The position numbers and the translations under genes are program-made. The notes under the pieces are model-generated. The model worked only from the letters and a program-made list of their open reading frames with translations, searched no databases and was not told the DNA's origin. From NCBI GenBank assembly GCA_965248445.1, contig CBDFJG010000003.1, positions 736,001-800,000 on the forward strand: DNA of 64,000 nucleotides, written 5' to 3'. The stretch is from Planctomycetota bacterium. GTDB lineage: Bacteria > Planctomycetota > JAJSAM01 > JAJVHW01. Of the stretch, positions 47,461 to 58,890 are shown piece after piece (positions within the stretch are counted from its first letter, which is position 1; every line of letters starts with the position of its first letter).

Positions 47461-48471
47461 CTACCAACCGCCCCCTTCCTCTTCCTGCCGCGACTTGCAC
47501 GCGATGCAGAGACGCGTGTGCGGGAGCACCTCGAGCCGTGCCTTCGGGATCAGCTCCTCACAGTCCTCGCAGAGTCCATAGGTGCCAAGTTCGATCCGGC
47601 GGATTGCCTCGTCCACGTCCCGCAGCGCCTCGGACTTGCTCTCGATCAGGGAGAGGTTGAAGTCCATCTCGAAGCTCTCCGACCCGTAGTCGGCCATGTG
47701 GTCGATCCGCACGTCCTGCTCGGCGCTCTCGAGGACGCCCTCCTCGAGCTTCCCTGCCTGCCCCACCAGAAGCCGGCGCAGCGCGATCAGCCGCGCGATC
47801 CACGTTCGGTACGTACGGCGGAACGGCCCCGGTGCCTTCTTCGGCTTGGGCGGCTTGACAACGAGGTCAACGGGCGCCGCGGGCCTCTTCTTCGGGGCCG
47901 GCTTCTTGGCAGCGGGCTTCTTCGCCGCGGGCTTCGCTGCCGACTTCTTGGCCGGCTTCTTGGGGGGCTTCCTGGCAGCCGCTCTCTTGACGGGCCTCTT
48001 CACCGGCTTCTTCGCAGAGTTCTTCTTCGCAGCCCTCTTCTTGGCTGGCTTCTTGGCGGGCTTCTTCACGGGCTTCTTCACGGGCTTGCGCGCGGCCGTC
48101 TTCTTGACAGTCTTCCGAGCTGCAGTCTTCCGAGCCCCAGTCTTCCGGGCCAGACGGCTGCGAGAACTGGCCCGCCTCGCCGTCGAGCGCTTCGCGGACG
48201 GCTTCTTGGCGCCGGTCCGCTTCGCCCCGCGGCTGGAGGCGCGGGCCTTGCTGGCCGATTTCTTCGCTGGGGCGGCCCGCTTCGGCGCTGCCCGCTTCGC
48301 GGTGGCTCGCTTCGCGCTGGACTTGCGAGCCGCCGTCTTCCGCGGCGAGGTCCTCCCGGACGTGCTCTTCCTGGCCGACGACCTTCTGCCCGCCGAGCCC
48401 CTGCCCGACGAATCCCTGCCCGAAGGCGCCTTCCGTGACCGAGCCGAGGACGTCTCGGCGGACCTGGCCAT
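47461..48471 (-). CDS. DksA/TraR C4 zinc-finger protein with long K/R/A/S/P-rich histone-like N-terminus
   Basis: HMADYG, GTYGLCEDC...RLEVLP...CIAC; RBS GGAGGAG. Confidence 0.85.
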   Translation of the reverse strand: MARSAETSSARSRKAPSGRDSSGRGSAGRRSSARKSTSGRTSPRKTAARKSSAKRATAKRAAPKRAAPAKKSASKARASSRGAKRTGAKKPSAKRSTARRASSRSRLARKTGARKTAARKTVKKTAARKPVKKPVKKPAKKPAKKRAAKKNSAKKPVKRPVKRAAARKPPKKPAKKSAAKPAAKKPAAKKPAPKKRPAAPVDLVVKPPKPKKAPGPFRRTYRTWIARLIALRRLLVGQAGKLEEGVLESAEQDVRIDHMADYGSESFEMDFNLSLIESKSEALRDVDEAIRRIELGTYGLCEDCEELIPKARLEVLPHTRLCIACKSRQEEEGGGW

Positions 48472-48636
48472 CGTCTCCTCCTTCCGCCCGCCTTCCCCGA
48501 TCGGGGTGCCGGGCGAGCCTGGCGACGGACGGCGAATCCGGCCGCAGCGCCGCGAAGCGGCGGGGAGTATAGGTCCGCCCAGGCACCTCCACAAGCCAAA
48601 CAGGCCAGCGTCCGGCGCAGCAGAAGAACGACTCAA

Positions 48637-49551
48637 GTGACACAGGAAACGCCACTTACGACGGCAGGCACAGCGATGGTGCGGGACTACCTCGCCTGGT
48701 TGCGCGTGGAGTGCGGGGCACAGCCGCAGACTCTCGAGGCGTACGCGGCGGATCTGGCTCTCTACGAGGCGTCCCTCGCGGGGCGCGACATCGGCCTCGC
48801 CGGGCGGGACGACGTCCTGATGTTCGTGGCCGGCGAGGAGTCCCGCGGCATGTCGGCGGCCACCCAAGCCCGACGGCTCGTGGCCGTGCGGACGCTCCAC
48901 CGCTGGCTGCACGCCGAGGGGCGGACGGCGGACGATCCCGCGGCCGAGGTGGACTGTCCGACGCTCTGGGACCGCATCCCGGGGTACCTGACGCTCGAGC
49001 AGGTCGAGCGTTTGCTGGCCCCGGACGACGAGGCGACTCCCCGCGCGCTGCGAGACCAGTGCGGGATCGAACTCCTCTACTCCTGCGGCCTGCGCGCGTC
49101 CGAGGTCGCGGCGCTCCGGCTCGACCGTGTGCGACGGGACGAGAGTGTCGTGCGGATCCGTGGCAAGGGCGGCAAGGACCGCATCGTGCCGTTCGGTGAG
49201 CGGGCCCGCGAGGCGCTGGACAGGTGGACCGACGAAGGCCGCCCTCACGTGGTTCCCACGTCCGGCGACGCGCCTCGGGAAGTGCTGCTCTCGCTGCGCG
49301 GCCGCCCCATCTCGCGCCAGGACGTCTGGCGGATCGTACGCGAACGGGCCGAGGCGCGCGGTCTCGACGGGAAGCTGTCTCCGCACACGCTGCGGCACTC
49401 GTTCGCCACACATCTGCTCACCGGCGGCGCCGATCTGCGCGTCGTGCAAGCGCTCCTCGGGCACGCATCCGTCAGCACGACGCAGATCTACACGCGCGTC
49501 GAAGCCGACCGCATGCAGGCGATGCACCGCAAGTTCCACCCGCGGAGCTGA
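48637..49551 (+). CDS. xerD: XerD-type tyrosine recombinase
   Basis: LYSCGLRASE, GKGGKDR, SPHTLRHSFATH, LGH, TQIY, FHPR. Confidence 0.9.
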   Translation: MTQETPLTTAGTAMVRDYLAWLRVECGAQPQTLEAYAADLALYEASLAGRDIGLAGRDDVLMFVAGEESRGMSAATQARRLVAVRTLHRWLHAEGRTADDPAAEVDCPTLWDRIPGYLTLEQVERLLAPDDEATPRALRDQCGIELLYSCGLRASEVAALRLDRVRRDESVVRIRGKGGKDRIVPFGERAREALDRWTDEGRPHVVPTSGDAPREVLLSLRGRPISRQDVWRIVRERAEARGLDGKLSPHTLRHSFATHLLTGGADLRVVQALLGHASVSTTQIYTRVEADRMQAMHRKFHPRS

Positions 49552-49570
49552 GCGTCACTCGCTCTGCGAC

Positions 49571-50059
49571 TCACTTCGGCTCGCCACGCGACGCCGGACC
49601 GCCCTGTGCGCGGACGACGCTCTCGATGCGGCCCAGCCCCGTCTTGAGCACCGTCGTCATGCACGCGACGCAGACCACGACGAGAACCCAGAGTGCCAAG
49701 CCCATGCGAATCGTCTCGAGCGGAGTCGTGTTCTCCGTGCGGGCACGCAGTGAACGGCGGGCGACGAAGCCTGCGATCAGGAACACGAAGAGCGGCGCGA
49801 ACCCCAGCAGAGCTGTCGGCCGGATGTCTCCGGCGCTGTCGTGGCGGAACATGTCGATGGTGAACCACGCGATGGCCCCCGCGACCATCACGAAGGTCGC
49901 CGAGAAGATGTCGACCGCCGAGATCCACGTCGGCTCGATGAGCACGCGGCACTCCGGACACCGGACGCGAAGGGCCGCCCGACCGATGTGCGCACCGCAC
50001 GCCGGACAGCACCCCGGCTCCGGTGTCGAATCGGGCTTTCGCGGCGATGAGGTCTCCAT
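49571..50059 (-). CDS. Hypothetical zinc-ribbon membrane protein
   Basis: CPAC, CPEC then three hydrophobic segments; TAGAGT-N6-ATG. Confidence 0.65.
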   Translation of the reverse strand: METSSPRKPDSTPEPGCCPACGAHIGRAALRVRCPECRVLIEPTWISAVDIFSATFVMVAGAIAWFTIDMFRHDSAGDIRPTALLGFAPLFVFLIAGFVARRSLRARTENTTPLETIRMGLALWVLVVVCVACMTTVLKTGLGRIESVVRAQGGPASRGEPK

Positions 50060-50090
50060 CCGCACACTCTAGTCATGGCCGCAGGCGGCA

Positions 50091-51967
50091 TCACGCGTCG
50101 TCGGCGAGGTGCTCCTTGATGCGGAGTGCACGCTTCTTACCGATGCCGGGCACGGCGAGCAGATCGTCGAGGCTCGCTTCGCGGACCGCCTGGACGCTGC
50201 CGAAGCGGGTCAACAACTCACGGCGCCACTTGTCGCCGACACCCTCGATGCGGTCGAGCGCCGACTCGACGGCCATCTTCGAGCGCAGCTTGCGGTGGTA
50301 CTGGATCGCGAACCGGTGGGCTTCGTCCCGGATCCGCGCGAGCAGATGCGTCGCGGCGGAGTCCGCGGGCGGGATGACCGCATCCGCCCGCCCCGGCACG
50401 AACACGCGCTCGAAAGCCCCCGCGCCGCCGCGGCCGGCACGCGCCTTGGCGAGGGCGACAACCGGCGGATCGCTCACACCCACTTCGTGCAGGGCCGCGC
50501 GCGCCGACGAGAGTTGCCCCTTCCCGCCGTCCACGACGATCAGGTCCGGGTGGTGGCCCGTGTCGTCGTCCTCATGGGTGCGGTAGCGGCGGTAGAGGAT
50601 CTCGCGCATCGACGCGAAGTCGTCGTTCGCCTGCTTCTCCCGCACGCGGTAGTGCCGCCACGCGCCGCGCTCGGGACGGCCGTCGACGAAACGGACCATC
50701 GACGCGACGACCTCCCGCCCCTGCAGGTGGCTGACGTCGAAGCACTCGATGACCGCCGGCGGCCCGGGCAGGTGCAGCAGCTCCGCGAGTTGGGCCAGCG
50801 CGGCGAGCACGGCGGCCCGGTCCCGCCGGTGCGAACCGAGCGCGACGGTGGCGTTCTTCCGCGCCATCTCCATGAGTTCTCGTCCCCCACCCCGCTGCGG
50901 TACGCGCACGTCCACCTGGGCACCGCGCACTCCGGATAGATAGCCCTCGACGAGCTCCAGTTCCTCCGGCTCGTCGGAAACAAGCACCTCAGGCGGGACG
51001 TACTTGGTCTCGTCGTAGAACTGCACCAGGAACGCCCGCATGAGGTCGCCGGAACCCCCCGCGGCGCCGGGCAGCGGGTAGCTGCGCGCGGAGACGACCG
51101 CGCCGTCCCGCACGAACAGCACCTGTGCAACGGCCATGCTGGGGCCTCCCTCCGCCGCTTCGTCCTGCGTGCTCGCCACCGCCACGAAGTCGCGGTCTAC
51201 TCCGTCGGGCGCGGCAACCCGCTGGCTCTCCAGCGTCCGCTCGAGCGCGCGCAGCCGGTCGCGCACGCGTGCCGCGCTCTCGAAGCGCAGCGCCAGCGAG
51301 TCCTCGTCCATGCGCGCCCGCATGTCCCGCAGCACGTCCGGGCGGCGCCCGCGCAGGAGGTCGAGCGTTCCCTCGACCATCGCAGCGTAGTCCTCCGACG
51401 ACACGAGATCGTGGCACGGCGCCGCACACCGCTCGAGCTGGTAGTAGAGGCACGGTGCCGGAATCGTGTCCAGCGTGCGATCCGAACAGGAGCGCAGAGG
51501 GAAAACCTCGCGCAGCGCCGTCAGCGTCGCACGCAAGGCACCGGCATCGGCGTACGGCCCGAAGTACAGGGCGCCGTCCTTGCGGAATCGCCGTACGAGC
51601 GTGATTCGCGGCCAGGCGTGCTGCAGATCCACCCGGAGGCACAGGTAGCGCTTGTCGTCGCGCAGCCGGACGTTGCCCGGCGGGCGCTCCTTCTTGATGA
51701 ACGAGTTCTCGAGCACCAGGGCCTCGGCCGCGCTCGTCGTGGTAACGACTTGGACGTCGCGCCAGCGACGCAGGTACGGCACGAGGTGCGGCCGCTCCTG
51801 CGCGCCCTTCGTCAGGTACGAACGCACACGGGAGCGCAAGCTCGTCGCCTTGCCGACGTAGAGGACGCGGCCGCTGCCATCCTTCAGCAGGTAGATCCCC
51901 GGCGTGGTGGGCAGCTTCGCGACGCGCGTGCGCAGCGCCTCGGCGGCTTCGGCCGGGACCGGACTGC

Positions 51968-51971
<4 letters not shown>
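50091..51971 (-). CDS. uvrC: Excinuclease ABC subunit C
   Basis: GIY-YVG nuclease, [29 protein letters not shown], HhH. Confidence 0.96.
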
Positions 51972-54010
<2,039 letters not shown>

Positions 54011-54139
54011 TCTCGCAGCCCCCCTCGGAAGCGCCGCCGGCCCGGGTGCGCGGCGTCGAAGCCTCGACACCGCGACACGGCGATGCCACGATGGGGCTTG
54101 GTCGAGTCCACGGTCGAGCCGTGACGGAAGGTGCTGCCG

Positions 54140-55309
54140 ATGTCCGAAGAAATCGTCTCCTGTTCAGGCTGTGGAAAGAAGTTCCGCATACCCGACGGTG
54201 CACCGCCGGGGGCCTTCGACTGCACCGCGTGCGGCGCGTCGGTCGCGTACGGCGGCGCGGCCGCCGTCGCGACCGGGGGCGCGAGGCCCTCACGCTCCTC
54301 CGGCCGCAAGCGCGGCAAGTCCTCGCGCCGGTCGTCGCGGAGCGCCGCCGCGGCCAAGGGTTCGGCAACGGGTTCGGCCAAGGGCTCCTCGAAGAGCCGG
54401 CGCGGGAGGCGTTCGCGCGACGCCGAACCCGAGCCGGAGGAGACCGGCCGCCGCGGACGCCGCGGTGCGCGGGGCCGAGAGCGACCGGAGAAGCAGAGCA
54501 AGACCCTGCCGTTGATCATCGGGATCATGGGATGCGTCCTGCTCGCGGCGATCCTGATCATCGCGTTCACCGGCGGCGACAAGAAGAAGGGCGGCGGTGA
54601 CGACGTCGTCGTGCCGGAGGACAACGGTGGCGACGGCGGGCTCACGACCGGCGACGGCACGGGCACGACGTCGGGCGGCGGAGAGGACCCCGGCACGTCC
54701 GGAACCGAGACACCGAGCGGCGACACCACCGGTACTGGAACGGCCGGTGATGGCGTCGGCGACGAGTCGTCGGGCGGCGGCATCACCAGCACCCCGCCGG
54801 AGGACAACAGCGGCATCGGCGACTCGACCGGCGGTGAGTTCGAGCTGAAGGACTATCGCCACTACTTCCTCCTCCCCCTCGACGAGCTCTTCCAGCACGC
54901 CGAACCGATCGAGGGAACCACCGACGCGGAAATCGCCGCGATGACGCAGCAGGTGGTCGAGTTCGTCGACATGGACTCGGGCGCTGCCGGAATGCGTGCA
55001 GGCAACGCGCTCGAGAAGGTCGGCGCGAAGGCGATGCCGTTCCTCATCAACGCGATGTGTGACCAGTGGAACGGTGGCAAGTGGGCCGCGGAGAACGAGC
55101 AGTGGGCGTCTTGGCAGCTCCAGCAGACCTGCCGCCGCCTGATCCAGGCCACCAAGATGCCGTCCGAATTCGAGGCCCGCTTCAACCCTGGCACAGAGAA
55201 TGAGCCGAAGATTTTCAAGCGCGCGTCTCGCATGTGGGTCGCCTGGTGGAAGGGCACGGGGCAGCACTTGAAGGAGTTCACCCCTTATCCGGAGGATGAA
55301 GAGGAGTGA
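54140..55309 (+). CDS. Bitopic membrane protein with N-terminal zinc ribbon
   Basis: CSGC...CTAC, basic S/R/K linker, one TM, G/T/D/E linker, globular C-terminus. Confidence 0.75.
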   Translation: MSEEIVSCSGCGKKFRIPDGAPPGAFDCTACGASVAYGGAAAVATGGARPSRSSGRKRGKSSRRSSRSAAAAKGSATGSAKGSSKSRRGRRSRDAEPEPEETGRRGRRGARGRERPEKQSKTLPLIIGIMGCVLLAAILIIAFTGGDKKKGGGDDVVVPEDNGGDGGLTTGDGTGTTSGGGEDPGTSGTETPSGDTTGTGTAGDGVGDESSGGGITSTPPEDNSGIGDSTGGEFELKDYRHYFLLPLDELFQHAEPIEGTTDAEIAAMTQQVVEFVDMDSGAAGMRAGNALEKVGAKAMPFLINAMCDQWNGGKWAAENEQWASWQLQQTCRRLIQATKMPSEFEARFNPGTENEPKIFKRASRMWVAWWKGTGQHLKEFTPYPEDEEE

Positions 55310-55446
55310 GGGAGACCCCGCCTCGACAGGCAGCGCGTTCAAGGCCAGCGCACGACGAGCCGACGCACGACTGCCGCTGAGGCGCTTCCCCTCCGGCGGG
55401 GACGACTGAACGCCCGCGGCCCGAGTCCGCGCGCCAGCGGACGAGG

Positions 55447-55513
55447 GGTGAGTGACGGCGACGCGCAGCGGTGCGAGGACTCTCCAGTGGAGAGTCCGAG
55501 AGGAGCGAACGCG
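55447..55513. repeat. Structured repeat family C, copy 2
   Basis: GGACTCTCC-AGT-GGAGAGTCC with flanks GGTGAG and GAGCGAACGCG at the same spacing as 15148-15214. Confidence 0.7.
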
Positions 55514-55604
55514 CAGCGAAGGCGAAACGCCGGAGCGGAGGGCGGAGCAGTGAACAACGGCGGCAGCTCGCAGCAGGCGGACCCGCCGCCTGAGCGGCGG
55601 GTAG

Positions 55605-55841
55605 CTAGCCGTCGCTGTCGCTCAGCCGCTCAACCTGCACGCCGAGACCGCCCAGGTGCGTGATCGTCTCTTCGATGGCGTCGGGCTCGCCGTCGATCTG
55701 AAGCGCCACCAGCGCGATCTCGGACGTGATGCTCGCCCCGCGGATGTTCGTGCGGACGCCGAAGCGCTGCGTGACGTCATACAGCACGGGCTCGCTGATC
55801 AGCCTCTGCGGGAAGGTCAGGAAGACTCGGGTGGTCGCCAT
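55605..55841 (-). CDS. NIL domain protein
   Basis: LTFP....EPVLY...FGV.TNI.GA pattern, 78 aa. Confidence 0.85.
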   Translation of the reverse strand: MATTRVFLTFPQRLISEPVLYDVTQRFGVRTNIRGASITSEIALVALQIDGEPDAIEETITHLGGLGVQVERLSDSDG

Positions 55842-56581
55842 GGACACAGCGTACCGGCCCACCGCCCGGGAAGCAGAAGCAGGATTCCACCGAGCCCGAG
55901 TAAGCACGCACTGAAGGCGAACGGCGACGGTGGCGGGCTGGGGTAGTACTGCCCGATCACGGAGAGCCCCTCCCCGCCCCGCTCCGGTCCGTCGTACATC
56001 ATCTTGGAGGCGAGCCAGTCCACCCCCGCCCCGCCGCGCACGGACGTGACCGCGGCCAGGGGACTGGCGAGAAGGACGCGCCGCGCGCGAACGGGACTCG
56101 CGGGCGTCGAGCCGTGCCACTCGATCCACGGATCTGCCACGAAGAGCGCGCCGATCAGGACAAGCGGGAGCGCCGCCGCAGGCAGCACGGCCTCTGCACT
56201 GTCGAGACCGAACAGTCGCGCGGTGCGCGCGACAAGGACTGCCAGAACGCCGCACGCGCAGGGAACCAGGGCCGCCCCCAATCCGGCGGCGCCGGCACGC
56301 GCGATGAGCGAACACAGTGCCGCCCCCACGAGCGTGCCCGCGGCGAGGAGTCCCATGGTCCGAAGCGTGGGGCGACGCGACACGTGCCGCGCTCCCATGG
56401 CACCGCCCGCAACGCTCGCCACGACAAGCCAGATCGTGAGCACCGCGGCGGCACGCTCGGCCGGCAGCGCCTCGGCCACCAGGCCGCGCACTCCCAATCC
56501 GACGGCGCTGCCGACGAGAGCACCGCCGACGAGAACACGGGAGACGACGGCCACGAGAGCGGCGCGCGCGTCGCGACTCAC
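55817..56581 (-). CDS. Hypothetical polytopic membrane protein
   Basis: About six hydrophobic segments; GTGA overlap with upstream gene. Confidence 0.65.
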   Translation of the reverse strand: MSRDARAALVAVVSRVLVGGALVGSAVGLGVRGLVAEALPAERAAAVLTIWLVVASVAGGAMGARHVSRRPTLRTMGLLAAGTLVGAALCSLIARAGAAGLGAALVPCACGVLAVLVARTARLFGLDSAEAVLPAAALPLVLIGALFVADPWIEWHGSTPASPVRARRVLLASPLAAVTSVRGGAGVDWLASKMMYDGPERGGEGLSVIGQYYPSPPPSPFAFSACLLGLGGILLLLPGRWAGTLCPWRPPESS

Positions 56582-57795
56582 TCGACGCAGGACGCCAGCG
56601 CGGTCAGGGCGTAGCTCGTCGCGAGGATGGGGTTGCCCTCCATCCAGCGCTCCGAGTTCTCGTTCAGCCACGAGCCGTCGTCCCGCTGGCGCGCGAGCAG
56701 TGCACGGGAGAGCGCAGCGCGCCATTTCACCTTACCCGTCGGCGCGTCGACCTCGTCGACTCCGGCGAGTGGCAGCGTCTTGCCCATCGTTGCGTAGTAG
56801 TAGTACAGGCCCTCGAAGCGCTGTTTCTCGGCCATCCCCGGGTTGTGCTCGAGTGTCCAGTTGTCCGTCACCCAGTCGAGGGCCGACTTCACGCGCGGGT
56901 CCGAAGCATCGAGGCCCGCGAAGTGGTAGCACCGCAGGAGCGCGTACGTCATCGATCCGTACGAGCGCAGACGACCGCTGCCGTCGGGTAGTTCGTCGAC
57001 GCCACCCTTGCTGTTCCCGGGGAAGTAGTTGGCCCCGCCGTCGTTGCCCCGCACGACTGTCTTGCCGGTCTTCGGGTCCTCCCACTTGGTGGGCTCGCCC
57101 GGGCCTTCGTTCTCCTTGCGGTTGTGCGTGCGCTGCAAGAACGTGATGGCGCGCTGGAACACCGGGTCGTCCTCGGTGATCCCGGCCGCGCGAAGACTTG
57201 CAAGTGCGTACTGCGTGTTGGAGAGGTCGGAGCGCGTGTTGTCCGAGCCGTACCCGATGCCGCCGTACGTCGGGTTCGTCTCGTCGAGGCGCTGCAGCGA
57301 CTTGATGAACTTCGTCGCCTGCTCGACTTCGTCCTTGTACTCGGCCTTGCCGGACGCGGCGAGCGCCATGATCACGACGGCCGTCTCGTAGTTGGGGCGG
57401 TACGACTCGTCCACGCTGCCGGTCGTGTTGATCGACTTGGCGATGAACGCGAGCCCCAGGTCGATCGCCTCGCGGTCGGCGTCGTTCGGACCGCCAGGCC
57501 GCTCGAGCATGTTCGCGAGCGCGAGGGCGGTCAGGCCGACCTGCGGACCCTGGCCCTCGATCGAGATCACCCCGTCCTGCATGACGTTCCGCAGGAATGC
57601 GGTGCCGCGGTCGTAGGAGGCCAGGATCGCGTCCGGAGCGGGCGCCTCGACGACCTCTACCTCGGCGCTTCCGGCATCCGGAGCGGTCTGGGCATCCTCG
57701 CCGCAGCCGCCGACGACCAAAGCGGCCAGTGCCAGGCTCGTCAGACAGGCGGCCCGGAGGCCGTTCTCAAGCGTCGTCAGCGTCTTCATCGTCAT
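56578..57795 (-). CDS. Prenyltransferase/squalene-oxidase-repeat (terpene cyclase-like) lipoprotein
   Basis: Lipobox VGGC; GGIGYG, SDLSNT, DGGANY, SYGSMTY, QRDDGSW motifs. Confidence 0.82.
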   Translation of the reverse strand: MTMKTLTTLENGLRAACLTSLALAALVVGGCGEDAQTAPDAGSAEVEVVEAPAPDAILASYDRGTAFLRNVMQDGVISIEGQGPQVGLTALALANMLERPGGPNDADREAIDLGLAFIAKSINTTGSVDESYRPNYETAVVIMALAASGKAEYKDEVEQATKFIKSLQRLDETNPTYGGIGYGSDNTRSDLSNTQYALASLRAAGITEDDPVFQRAITFLQRTHNRKENEGPGEPTKWEDPKTGKTVVRGNDGGANYFPGNSKGGVDELPDGSGRLRSYGSMTYALLRCYHFAGLDASDPRVKSALDWVTDNWTLEHNPGMAEKQRFEGLYYYYATMGKTLPLAGVDEVDAPTGKVKWRAALSRALLARQRDDGSWLNENSERWMEGNPILATSYALTALASCVE

Positions 57796-57887
57796 CTGGC
57801 TCCTGCTCGTCGCAAGCCGGCCCATGGTAGGGCGTCCTCCATTCCAACGGAGAGCCGTCGGCGTGGTTCGGGGCGTTCGCGCCCGGT

Positions 57888-58766
57888 TCACCTCTCCCGC
57901 CGCACCGCCTCCAGAGCATCGAGGAACTTCTGGTTCTCTTCCAGTGCTTCGGTCGCGGCGTGGGTGGACCTGCTCGCCGCGATCATCAACTCCTGGAACA
58001 GCGGAGCCCGCTCGTCGAACAGGCGGAAGTACTCGGCCCACGCGTCGAACTCAGCGCTCAGGCGCCGGCCCTGCGCACCCTCGGGCAGCCGCGACGCGCG
58101 CAACTCCTCGATCTTGGGGAGCAGGTGACGCCGCATCGTTGCCTGGATCCGGTCGACGGGCACTGTGCCCTTCTCGAAATCGGAGAGCTGGTGGTTCTGG
58201 AAGTCCCCCACGAGCTGCGCCAACTGGCTGTGTCGATAGTCCGGGACATCGCCGGCCACACCGGCCATGTACTCGTTTGTTGCCGCCTCGGCCCGCGCCT
58301 GCGCCTCCAGCAAGTCGAGCAGCCCGCCATCGGCATCCCGCGCCCGCTCGTTCACGCTGCGCGCCTGCAACTCGAGCGACGCGAACTCGTAGCGAGCGGA
58401 CGCGAATGCGATCAGATGCTCGTGGGCGGCGGTGATGCGGGGATCGTCCGTCTCGAGTGCGCCCACCTCGTTCACCAACTCTGCGTAGAACGGCACCGCA
58501 TCGTCCTGCAGGAGCGCGTAGTACGACGGGTGCGCGGGGTCGTCCTGACGCAGTTTGATGACCTTGCTCCACCGCGTGTAGACGGCGGACTCGCTCTCGA
58601 GCAGCTTCTCGACCGCGGCGCTGTAGGTCGCGTACTCGACGGCCAGGTCGGATGCACCGCACGCGGTGACGCCGCTCAGCGCAGCGCCGGCGATAGCGAG
58701 CAGCCGCACCGCAACGCGAGCGCTGCTGTGCCAGATTCTGTGCCGGTCGAGATACGCAACGTGCAT
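57888..58766 (-). CDS. Hypothetical helical lipoprotein
   Basis: Hydrophobic stretch ending VTAC; amphipathic helical mature region; start uncertain. Confidence 0.65.
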   Translation of the reverse strand: MHVAYLDRHRIWHSSARVAVRLLAIAGAALSGVTACGASDLAVEYATYSAAVEKLLESESAVYTRWSKVIKLRQDDPAHPSYYALLQDDAVPFYAELVNEVGALETDDPRITAAHEHLIAFASARYEFASLELQARSVNERARDADGGLLDLLEAQARAEAATNEYMAGVAGDVPDYRHSQLAQLVGDFQNHQLSDFEKGTVPVDRIQATMRRHLLPKIEELRASRLPEGAQGRRLSAEFDAWAEYFRLFDERAPLFQELMIAASRSTHAATEALEENQKFLDALEAVRRER

Positions 58767-58890
58767 CGATGGTGTTGGACGAGCGGGAGACCCGCAGGAC
58801 GAAACACGACCGCGCGGGAACCGCGCCTTGTAGCCGGACCCGCCGTCTGTTCCGGTGGTATACTGCCCCTGCGAGCGAGGAAGGAGAACG

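Noticed and set aside
48637..49551. Phage or island integrase
   Set aside because: XerD-like sequence in a housekeeping context with no att repeats or cargo
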